This document shows, one piece after another, positions 22,026 through 32,245 of a stretch of DNA of 33,693 nt. The stretch covers positions 107,854,625 through 107,888,317 of the forward strand of contig NC_068982.1 in the NCBI RefSeq assembly GCF_001194135.2, written 5' to 3'. Numbering within the stretch: the first letter of the stretch is position 1; each line of letters begins with the position of its first letter. The notes under the pieces were generated by a model. The model made no database searches and was not told where the DNA came from. It worked only from the letters and a program-made list of their open reading frames with translations. Made by a program: the position numbers and the translations under genes. Source of the DNA: Octopus bimaculoides (lineage: Eukaryota).

Positions 22026-24983
22026 CAATGGCGTACCAAGAGTGGGGCGGGAAGGACTGTCCGCCCTAGGCGGCACAATTTATTTGTATTAATATATCAT
22101 TAATATAAATGTAGTATAAATATTATAGACTCTAATAATGTATAGCAGCTATTAAAATTTCCATAAAATTTAAATTTATCATCAGTAAACTTGTATTGCG
22201 TGTTAATATTGTGTAATATACATAATATTGTATAATATTGTTAATACAGTAATATTGCGTCGATGATATTCAGAAAGTTGATTATCTTTTAGGTTGGTCT
22301 ATACTCTATTTGGTCTTATTCATATAAATTTACGATTTGAGATGAAGCGAGGTAGCATTTCGAAAAAAAGTAAGAAAAACGAGAGAAGAAAGGCGAAATG
22401 AAGTTGCCATAATTAAATTTCTCATCAGATCCGACTGTCCAGACGAAACTGGTATTACTGTTGAACGTCATGAAGATGATGTTAATGAAGTGCCACTTGA
22501 AAAGAAGATAGAAGACGAAGTTGATGATGCTGATCCACCACAAACTACTGAAGAACAAAACTCTAATATTAATTTGAAAGACATTGAGATGTGGCCTGCT
22601 AAATTTAATGACGGAAACGATATTCGGGAAATCCTTGTACAACAAGGATCGAAGGTTGTGCAAAGTATTAACTGTGAATTCAAAGAAGTTGTACGTCCAG
22701 GACAAATAGCAAAACTGGAAGGGAAAACTAGAAGGCTGTCAAGAAACTGGTCTTTTGAACTTTATAAAACGGGGAAACAATCTTGAGAACTTGGATGATA
22801 TACTCTCCATCGAAAGAAGCCGTGTTTTGTTTTCGTTGTAAGCTATTTTCAAATGAAAACTCAAAGTTTTGCTCAGTTGATGGCTTCAAATCTTGGTGGA
22901 AGTTGAATCGTTAGATACAAGAATATGAATCTATCCCTGCGCATGAGTAGAAAGAGCTAGAAATTCGCCTTTCCAAAGGCAAGGTAATAGACAAAGAACA
23001 ACAAACTCTTGTTGAAAATGAAACAAAGCAAATCCTAACTAGATTCTGGGACATAATTATGTTTCTTGCTAAGCAAAACCTAGCTTTACGAGACCATAGA
23101 GAAGACATTCGAGTTGAGAAGGCAAATGAAAATAAATTTTCAACCGATTGGAAAATTCGATCCAGTGTTACGTGAACATTTGGTGAAAGAAAAAATTCAT
23201 AAGTTTACAACTCCCTATCTCTCACCAAAAATTCAGAATGAATTTGTGAACGTCCTGGAAGATCAAGTGAGAAAGAAAGTTATCGATGATGTAAACAGAG
23301 TAAATACTTTGCAATATTTTTTATAGTACTTCAAGCATTTCTCATATTGAGCAAATTTCTCAGATGCTACGTTATGTTAAAATAGATGAAAAGGAAGTAA
23401 AAGTAGAAGAATCCTTTCTTCATATTATTGAGATGAAAGGCAAAAATGCTGAGCAAATTACATCAATGATTCTGAAACAATTAGAACTAGACGACATTAA
23501 CATTCAAGACTGTCGTAGACAAGCATTTGATAATGCGGCAGTAATGGCAGGTCATCGATCCGGTGTTCAAGTGCGCATCACAGAAGTTAATCCAAAGATT
23601 GTATTTGTGCCATGTACCGATCACTCTCTGAATTTAGCAGCTGTGCATGCAGCTTCAATGGGTGCAGATTCAGTTACATTTTTTGGCACATTGGATCGTT
23701 TATTTTCATTCTTCTCAGCCTCAACTCATCGATGGGATATCTTGATTGAGATAACTGGGGCAACTATCAAACGGGCTGGGGAAACAAGATGGAGTAGTCG
23801 AGCAGATGCAGTAAAGGTTGTACATACAAAATACACGGAAATCACCGCTGCGCTAGAACGGTTGATGGAAGATACAGAAAACACAACTACGAAATCTGAT
23901 GCAAGTTTAATTCTTCAGGCGATGCCGTCATTTTCTTTCTTGTCATTTCTTGGCCTTTGAAGAGAAATACTTCTCGAAATTAATGACACTCAAAAGCACC
24001 TCCAAACGAAAGGTCTGAAGTTGCAACAATATGCCATTAAACTATCAGCCTTGAAAACTTCTCTACTTGTAAGCAGAAACAAAACAGTAGATGACGCGTT
24101 GGCCTATTCAACTGAAATTTGGTCTGATATGGGAATCAGCACAGAGCGTCGAATTCGCAAAAATAAAAGAATGAGCTACGAAGAAAGCATCGAAGTCGCT
24201 CTCAGCTACGACGCTGAGCTAAGAAGAGAAATGTTGTCAGTGTATTTGAAGAAATAACCTCTAGATTCGAAAGACTTCAAGATATTGCAAAAAAAAAAAA
24301 AAAAATACACCTTTCTCACACCGTCCAGTTTGTTAGATAAAGAGTGTAATTGTGATGTAGATGCTTTTGATGAGAATATTAAGAGAGAAGACTTTCTGTC
24401 TGATTAAAAGGGCAAGACTGCAAAATTATTTGGCGGCTGCTGACGCTGAAGACATTGAAGGGCCTTTGCAAGTTCTCTAGTTTATTCAGAAATATAATCT
24501 TATTGGCCAAATATTGTAATACTTTTAAGAGTCTTCCTAACTCGTGCCATTGGTGTTGCTAGCGGCGAAACTAAAGCTCATCAAGAATCATCTCAGGTCA
24601 ACAATAAATCAAACAAGGTTGACTGATTTGGCAATACTATCCATAGAGCGCGACCTTGCGGATAAAATTAATTTTAATGAAATCATTCGAGATTTCGCGA
24701 AGAGGAAGGCACGTAAAATCGATTTGTAAATCGTTTATTTTTGTAATTCACTCATCTTCTGTTCTTTAACATATTTTCCCTATTATTATTATTTTTTTTG
24801 TGTAAACATTATAAAAGTAAATTTGAGGGAAATAAATGGTTGCTACAGTTTGTCTTCTTATTTTACATACATATATACCTGTATTATTCCGTTTTTGGCC
24901 TTTTGAAGTGTTAGAACTTTTAAGGGGCAGCCAAATAAACATCACATCCGCCCCGGGAGACACTTGTGATTGGTACGCCACTG
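22026..24983 (+). mobile_element. Full-length decayed hAT transposon, 2958 bp
   Basis: 14-bp TIRs CAATGGCGTACCAA / TTGGTACGCCACTG (13/14). 8-bp TSD ACTAAAAT (22018-22025) / ACTACAAT (24984-24991). Confidence 0.9.
22342..24729 (+). pseudogene. hAT transposase pseudogene (ZMYM1-like; TTF zinc finger, DUF4371-like region, C-terminal dimerisation domain)
   Basis: WMIYSPSKEAVFCFRCKLF, YLSPKIQNE, QAFDNAAVMAG..GVQ, FVPCTDHSLNL, ETRWSSR and LKLIKNHLRSTINQTRLTDLAILSIE, broken by multiple stops and frameshifts. Confidence 0.88.
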
Positions 24984-25309
24984 ACTACAATGTACTTTTC
25001 CTAGGTTTATATCTCGTAGTAACCTATTTCCACAGTAGGATGCCCCACACCCTGCATCATGCAGCATTTATGATGTGTTTAATTTATTCCAAGACGGACT
25101 CTTTATTTCCTCGAATCAAAGCTGCCATTCATTTCAATGTCTGCTGGAGATGTCGACGCAGTTCCTGTGAGTTATAATTTGTAGAATACATAATAGACAA
25201 TATTACACAGAAGGGGAAAAATAGGTAGACTTAGAATATTAGAATACCGCCCCTCCCCCACTATTAATTTTGAGAATTTCTTTTTGAATCGACAATGGTG
25301 TCTGAGTTA

Positions 25310-25509
25310 GACACACGTCCAGCAGTTTTCAAAGAGCTTCGGTTGATACAATCGAATTCAGTATTTGATTAGTACTTTATTTTATAAACCCCGAAAGGAT
25401 GAAAGGCAAAGTTGGCCTGTGCATGATTTGAACTCAGAATATAAAGAATCGGGATAAATAGCGCCAGTCCTTTTCCTCGATGCTCTAACGAATCTACCAG
25501 CTCGCCGCC
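25310..25509 (-). mobile_element. tRNA-derived SINE (family 2)
   Basis: CCCCGAAAGGATGAAAGGCAAAGT..TTTGAACTCAGAA..CCAGCTCGCCGCC. Confidence 0.8.
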
Positions 25510-25519
25510 TTTATGGTTT

Positions 25520-25626
25520 TTTGAAAAATTTAGCACAAAACCAGCAATTTTGAAGACAGTTTTCCTCGATACCATCGATCCCAACACTCAATTGGTACTT
25601 TATCTTTACCGACCCTTGGAGGGAGA
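25520..25626 (-). mobile_element. SINE family 2 3' part, running into the assembly gap
   Basis: GCACAAAACCAGCAATTTT..CATCGA..AATTGGTACTT..CGACCC matches family-2 tails. Confidence 0.55.
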
Positions 25627-26030
25627 NNNNNNNNNNNNNNNNNNNNNNNNNNNNNNNNNNNNNNNNNNNNNNNNNNNNNNNNNNNNNNNNNNNNNNNNNN
25701 NNNNNNNNNNNNNNNNNNNNNNNNNNNNNNNNNNNNNNNNNNNNNNNNNNNNNNNNNNNNNNNNNNNNNNNNNNNNNNNNNNNNNNNNNNNNNNNNNNNN
25801 NNNNNNNNNNNNNNNNNNNNNNNNNNNNNNNNNNNNNNNNNNNNNNNNNNNNNNNNNNNNNNNNNNNNNNNNNNNNNNNNNNNNNNNNNNNNNNNNNNNN
25901 NNNNNNNNNNNNNNNNNNNNNNNNNNNNNNNNNNNNNNNNNNNNNNNNNNNNNNNNNNNNNNNNNNNNNNNNNNNNNNNNNNNNNNNNNNNNNNNNNNNN
26001 NNNNNNNNNNNNNNNNNNNNNNNNNNNNNN
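25627..26030. other. Assembly gap (404 N)
   Basis: N run; the poly-X ORFs here are artefacts. Confidence 0.99.
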
Positions 26031-26160
26031 TACACAACTGGTCCTTAATTTATCGACCCCGAAAGGATGAGAGACAAAGTCGACCTTGGCGGAATTTGAA
26101 CTCAGAACGTAAAGACAGACGAAATACCGCTAAGTATTTCGCCCGGTGTGCTAACGTTTC
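26031..26160 (-). mobile_element. SINE family 2 copy, head cut at AACGTTTC by the adjoining copy
   Basis: Near-duplicate of 26254-26377. Confidence 0.85.
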
Positions 26161-26391
26161 TTATTTCTTTATTGCCCACAAGGGGCTAAACATAGAGGGG
26201 ACAAACAAGGACAGACAAACGGATTAAGTCGATTACATCGACCTTAGTGCGTAACTGGTACTTAATTTATCGACCCCGAAAGGATAAAAGGCAAAGTCGA
26301 CCTCGGCGGAATTTGAACTCAGAACGTAATGGCAGACAAAGTACCGATAAGAATTTCGTCCGGTGTGCTAACGTTTCTGCCAGCTCGCCGC
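26161..26391 (-). mobile_element. Complete young SINE family 2 copy
   Basis: Head GCGGCGAGCTGGCAGAAACGTTAGC, B-box GAGTTCAAATTCC, tail ..GTGGGCAATAAAGAAATAA. Confidence 0.88.
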
Positions 26392-27216
26392 TTTACAGTG
26401 ACAACACTATTGATTTTAAACGGTAGGACTCACTGTACGTTTTGTCCTCTTATATCAAGATCACGCCTTATTTCATAAAACTTGAACAAAGCTTTTCTTA
26501 AACAGAACTTCATTTACAAATATCTCTTCATATAATTCGTTATGCACAACGCTCCCTTATGTTTAAGATAATTGCAAACTGCAGGTGAAAACGTATATTA
26601 GTATACTCAAATCACTTCCTGCAAAACGAAGGTGTGTCAGTCTAGTCGAAAATGTATGAAATTAAACTGAAAATAGTTTCTCGATGAATACATTTTTTCA
26701 CTGTTGTCACGCATTAGTATCTACATTCCTACTTCAGATCTTGAAATATTTCATTAACTATTTGTTTATAATTTACGAAGCTAATACATCAACTTTCCGG
26801 AAACTTTCGTTTCAAAGCCTTTCCGAATAACTGATTTTTTCCGAATTTGGGATCGTCACCCTGGTCAACGCGCTCTAAATTAAGCAAATGTCAAATTTAC
26901 TAATTCAATGAAATACAGGTATTGTTATATTAGTATAAACTAGTGCAGATTATAAGAAAGAGGCTTTGAACGTTCCGGATCATCAGTTTCCGGTATAAAC
27001 TAAATACTAGACACGTCCACACATACGTACATACGCACGTACGCATGTCGGTGGCGTAGGTAATAGGGGGAACAAAAGGAGCGACCACTTCCCATGAGCA
27101 CATTTTTCAAAAGTGACGCCTTTTCAACAATTTTTTAAAAACTCTTTTTTTTTTTTGTTAATTGCGTGGCCTTGGAAGACCTGTCTGGAGTCATTACTTT
27201 ATATGACCATCCTCAC

Positions 27217-27270
27217 GTGTTTTTGAACTGTCTGCTCAATCTCCTGTGATGTGTTGATGGCCGCTGACAT
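27217..27270 (-). CDS. Candidate 54-nt exon on the minus strand (MSAAINTSQEIEQTVQKH in phase 0; phase 2 is also open)
   Basis: Acceptor GGTTTGTTTTGGTTCTTCAG|, donor CAC|GTGAGG, length a multiple of 3. No homology recognised. Confidence 0.35.
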
Positions 27271-27554
27271 CTGAAGAACCAAAACAAACCCTGACATCAT
27301 AACCTCTCGACACCAGACAATCCTGTGGAGTTTCATCTTTTTCACGTCACACCTATAGCATCTATACGTGTCATACATAAATGACATTGTTACTGAAACA
27401 TGAAATTACTGAACGTAGAATATAATTACGTATAACTGATGAAATATTTCGCGGGATATAAGAGAAATGAGTTAAAAATCGTTTGGTATGTGACACAGCG
27501 TTTCCTTTTTATGTGCTCGTTCCTTTAAGTTTAGAACCTGGCTACCTCTCTGGC

Positions 27555-27645
27555 GTATGTATGTATGTATGTATGTATGTATGTATGTATGTATGTATGT
27601 ACGTACGGATGGATGGATGCATGCATGCATGCATGCATGCATGTA
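27555..27645. repeat. Compound (GTAT)n-(GGAT)n-(GCAT)n microsatellite
   Basis: Directly visible. Confidence 0.92.
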
Positions 27646-28418
27646 TAAAGACGATCAGACGATCTGTGGCCAAATAACAACTTGAAAGAGGTGGTGGTTT
27701 TTACTTTTTAGTCTATATAATTTAATATGAAACGAAATTCAGTGACACTTGAGTATAATTAACAATCTGAACTAATCAATATTCATAGCAGTTCTTTATG
27801 TCCTATGATCACGAGGAAGAGCGGCACGCCTTCAAATGGCTATTTAAATCAATCCTCGAACGAAAAGCTCTGGCGCATTTAGGACAAATATGTTTTCTTG
27901 CCTGCACTTTGTTGTTTTAAAGTGAGAGTCAATTCGTGCAATCCGATCCTGTTTAGTCTTGGAGGTCCGATCTCAGTAGCTCAACGGGCTAAGACGGCTG
28001 TAGTGACCAGCAAGCTGTAAGTTTTACATTGGAGTGGACTTCTCCTGGATGAATTGCTATAACAGGGTAAAGAACTGCACCTATGCACGAGTTGCTGGAA
28101 GGGTATCAAAGAAGACATCGGACTGTCTGAGGGACTCTACTTTTTGTTTTGCTGTCGAGGTCGACTCCCCTAACCTTTTCCTTTCCCAAGGCATACACTA
28201 AGTAGTGCGGGGTTTGTGCTTGGAGTTTCTTCCAAGACAAGCTGATTAACCCTTAACTGGGATCCTAACAGGTACTACTACTTTGAGTTAGAGAAGACTT
28301 GGGAGCAGTAGTGGCTAAGAGATGATTCTACACTCCTCAAAACTCTGGAACACCAAACCTTAATCCTACAGCTTAAAATCATACCCAGGACATCATCAGT
28401 ATTAAGAGTTAGGTAAAC

Positions 28419-28625
28419 GCAGTGAACTGGCAGAATCGTTAGCATGCCGGGCAAAATGCTCAGCAGCATTTCGTCAGTCTTTTACGTTCTGAGTTCAAAT
28501 TCCACCAAGGTCAACTTTGTCTTTTATCTTTTGGGATCAATAAGATAAGTACCAGCTGAACAATGGGTCGATGTAATCGACTTAGCCCAAAAATTGCTGG
28601 CCTTGTGCCAATATTTGAAACCAAT
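28419..28625 (+). mobile_element. tRNA-derived SINE (family 2)
   Basis: GAACTGGCAGAATCGTTAGC..GAGTTCAAATTCC..TAAGTACCAG..TTTGAAACC; flanked by the ATTAA(G/T)AGTTAGGT duplication. Confidence 0.85.
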
Positions 28626-28681
28626 ATTAATAGTTAGGTGCGAATGGTTTTTTTATGCGGCGCCGTTTTTATAATCCTGTA

Positions 28682-28872
28682 AATAATAATAATAATGGTA
28701 TTTTTATATAAGCTTAAAGTTTATGGTGTACACCGTGCAATGACTAAGGAAAATAGTCTAATAAAGGGGCATATAAGCCCACGACAGAAAAAAAGAAGGC
28801 TTTCCTATCCACGTGGGTGTCGAACCCATATCCCCTTGTTAACGCGACTAAATGTATTACCGTTACACCAGC
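28682..28872 (-). mobile_element. tRNA-headed SINE-like element (family 3), left member of an inverted pair
   Basis: Reverse complement GCTGGTGTAACGGTAATACA (A-box/D-arm), GGGTTCGACACCC (B-box/T-arm), (ATT)n tail. Confidence 0.65.
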
Positions 28873-28987
28873 TTTTCCTGTCAAATTTAAGAGCTATAAT
28901 AGTTCGCGTTTGGTTTTCTATATGTACACAAACTTTCTATATGCTTTCGGTGCGAATGGTTTTTTTTATACGGCAGGAGGCTGATTC

Positions 28988-29172
28988 GCTGGTGTAAAGG
29001 TAACACACTTAGTCGCGTTAACAAAGGGATGTGGGTTCGACTCACGCGTGAATAGGAAAGCCTTCTTATTTTCTGTCGAGAGCTTATATGCCCCTTTATT
29101 AGACTATTTTCCTTAATCATTGCTCGCTAATCGCTATAAGCTTTAAGCTGATATAAAAATACCTTTATTATG
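28988..29172 (+). mobile_element. tRNA-headed SINE-like element (family 3), right member of an inverted pair
   Basis: GCTGGTGTAAAGGTAACAC, GGGTTCGACTC, body matching the reverse complement of 28682-28872, TTATTAT tail. Confidence 0.65.
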
Positions 29173-29460
29173 ATTAATAGTTAGGTAAAACAAAGTTATT
29201 TGGAAGTAAATGCCAGATGAAAGCAGTTTTAAAAAGGCAGGATTGGTTTAGTTCACTATCAAGCGAGTTAAACACAAGGTGACAAAAGGGTGGGGAGAGT
29301 AGGCGAGGCGAGTAAATCTAAGTGGAAGTGTTATAAAATTTAAGTGGGGGTGTTACACATTCACCATATTAAAAAAAAAAAAGTATTATTTGTAACAGTT
29401 GAAAAGACACAAACTGACGGTAGGCAAATGATCGGTGGGGTGTGAACATTTTAAATATCT

Positions 29461-29550
29461 TTTTTCTTTCACTTGTTTCAGTCATTGGACTACAGTGTGG
29501 TGGGGAGGAGCCGCTTTAAAGGGTGTTAGTCGAAAAAATCGACTCTAGCA
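29461..29550 (-). mobile_element. SINE family 1 3' fragment
   Basis: ACTTGTTTCAGTCATTGGACT..CCGCTTT..TTAGTCGAA..AATCGAC matches 12975-13040. Confidence 0.65.
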
Positions 29551-30271
29551 CCTCGATACATGTGTGCGAATGTGAGTGTGTGTGCGCGCGCGCATATGTG
29601 TGTGTGTACGTGTATGTGAGAGAGAAGATTGTTTAAACTCCTGCTCTTACTCAGCTTCTCAGAATCTTACTTTCTCTTTCCCTCCCTCCCACTCTTCGTC
29701 TGTCTCGCTACCTATCCTTCTCTCTGCCTATGTATCTTTCTCCATTCGAGTTATTTCCTTTAGCGTGACACGAAAGGCAGGTAGGAACGTACTATTGTAT
29801 TTGATATATTATAGATATAACAGAGCTCTGAGATAATGCGACTTAATGGAATGAGGGTAGGTAAGAGCACTGATGGAGTAACAAGAATTTGATGTACATT
29901 ATGAATGTATAGTATAGGAATGAATTAAATCCCCATGAAAAATAATTTCATATATTGCCCTAAAATAGTTTGGAGGGTGCTATTTTGGCATGTGATTTAC
30001 AATTTAACGGAAGATTACTTTAAGTTACTTTTTAGTTTACTTTTTAATTTCTAATAACCGTTAAAATGTTGGCTAAAGATTTTTACAATGTGATGAGCGA
30101 CGAGACGAAGGCAGTTCCATTTTTACGAAGAAATAACCTTTTAGATGACGTTGTGGTGGAGAAATGAAGGAAACTCGAAGAGAAGGGGAAAACAGTGAAA
30201 TTTTGCCAACTTTCGTTGCAAAACTGGCGGCTGTCAAGCTTGTGTGATCTACGCGCTTATTTTAATTATCA

Positions 30272-32245
30272 TATAGGAAAGTTGGTTATACATCATTAGA
30301 TGTATACCTGACTTTCCTATATAATATTAGAAATATAAGGAAACGCTGAACTCCAGACTATCAACTTAAACAACATTTATTCAGGTGGTAAATATATACA
30401 TCTTTAGCTCTTGTTGTTACAGCTTCTGTGTGTGTGAGCATAGTTGTTGGGACGTTGTTATGTAGATGTAAGCGAGCTGTCGAGCGTAAGTTCGAAAGAT
30501 GAAGAGAGACAGCTAAACACGTAAAGAGACTGTCTCCAGAGTTGGAATGTTGGAGATACTGCTTGACACGTCCATGCTCATGGNNNNNNNNNNNNNNNNN
30601 NNNNNNNNNNNNNNNNNNNNNNNNNNNNNNNNNNNNNNNNNNNNNNNNNNNNNNNNNNNNNNNNNNNNNNNNNNNNNNNNNNNNNNNNNNNNNNNNNNNN
30701 NNNNNNNNNNNNNNNNNNNNNNNNNNNNNNNNNNNNNNNNNNNNNNNNNNNNNNNNNNNNNNNNNNNNNNNNNNNNNNNNNNNNNNNNNNNNNNNNNNNN
30801 NNNNNNNNNNNNNNNNNNNNNNNNNNNNNNNNNNNNNNNNNNNNNNNNNNNNNNNNNNNNNNNNNNNNNNNNNNNNNNNNNNNNNNNNNNNNNNNNNNNN
30901 NNNNNNNNNNNNNNNNNNNNNNNNNNNNNNNNNNNNNNNNNNNNNNCTGTCCAGGAAACTGGAATCACGCGATGTAAAAGTCTGATTGTTTGTTTTCTCT
31001 GAAAGGAAAGTAAATATATGAGTGCACAAGTGTGTGTGTGAGTGAAAACACAAAACAAGTGAAAGTGTCTGTAAAGAAAAAATCCAGTTCGTACAAGAGT
31101 CCCACAAGGAGATAGAATGTCCTGTTGAAACTTGGCGACGTCGGGGGGAATGCTTGTAGTTGGTAGTAGTAATTGTTGTCGTCACGGTGGTAATCTTGGT
31201 TGAACGAAGCTGGTGGCGAAAAGGCTGTTTGGTGATGGGTGTTTGAAAAGGTGCGCTTTTTACAGACGGTCGACAGACAAATCTCTGTACGCCCATTAGC
31301 GAAAATCTCGAAGAAAATTTTCTTAACCCAAAATGAAAGAACGACCGTGCGAACTCAAAAAGTAGAAATGGTGACGAATGGAAAAACAGAGGACTCCTTT
31401 TATTTAAACGTGTCACACGGTCGAACACAAAATATATATCAATGATGATATACAAATAATGTTATACTACGACAACACAAATAGCCAGCAACGAGACGAT
31501 AAAAGATGACCGTATGAAATGAATAACAAGAGATATTGAGTGTGGCATAAAAGATGTATGTATATGTGAGAGTGTGAATGCAACATATAAGAACATAATA
31601 AAAGACAGGCCGTCTATATGTATGTGAGATATCACAGCAGATAGAAAGTCAGAACACGTGAGAGTTTTATACCAAGTTTTTTTTTTTGAGTACACAATTG
31701 GAAAGTCGCAGGCTGTAATTCTTGTCTGTTTATCGTGAGTGGAAACAGCCACTCTAACAGAGGCGAGATAAAAACCGCGCTTGTTGATGTTGGTAATACG
31801 TAGTAAGCCGTGTTGACTATGGTTGGAGATGTTGGTGGCGTAGTAATCGTAGAATCGTGTTGGTCATGACGATGATGCTGGTTAGTAGTTCAGTCTCCAT
31901 GGNNNNNNNNNNNNNGTTATACATCATTAGATGTATACCTGACTTTCCTATATAAAATTACGAATATAACGGAACGCTGAACTCCAGACTATCAACTTAA
32001 ACAACATTTATTCAGGTGGTAAATATATACATCTTTAGCTCTTGTTGTTACAGCTTCTGTGTGTGTGAGTATAGTTGTTGGGACGTAAAGAGACTGTCTC
32101 CAGAGTTGGAATGTTGGAGACACTGCTTGACACGTCCATGCTCATGGCCGGCCGACCGAGAGAGAGAGATAGAATAGAAGCGGGAACGCTTGGTTGTTTA
32201 ATTCCACGCATGCGTGAGACTACGCATGCGCACGGCGTTACTACA
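30272..32245 (-). mobile_element. Internally deleted Gypsy-derived LTR element, ~2 kb
   Basis: Direct repeats 30285-30583 and 31916-32147 (right copy continues to CTACA at 32245, i.e. TGTAG on the minus strand). AATAAA lies in the repeat on the minus strand. ATCA(TAT) is duplicated at 30268 and 32246. Integrase C-terminal remnant KIFFEIFANGRTE-SVDRL*KAHL at ~31248-31325 (minus). Junctions are partly hidden by gaps. Confidence 0.7.
30584..30946. other. Assembly gap (363 N); a second 13-N gap lies at 31903-31915
   Basis: N runs falling at the LTR copies. Confidence 0.99.

Noticed and set aside
25511-26227. Poly-X ORFs here and at 30361-31455
   Set aside because: Artefacts of N gaps.
26434-26584. 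Splice-like signals on both strands
   Set aside because: The best minus-strand pair is closed in all frames, and the plus-strand peptide is not recognisable.
27047-27170. GGTGGCGTAG start resembling a hAT TIR
   Set aside because: No partner TIR or TSD was found nearby.
27968-28060. A-box-like TAGCTCAACGG suggesting another tRNA-derived head
   Set aside because: No convincing B-box or second copy in the window.
28988-29060. Possible genuine tRNA genes in the inverted pair
   Set aside because: D- and T-arms are present but there is no acceptor stem, the anticodon arm is poor, and a shared 120-bp body and AT tail follow, indicating a SINE.
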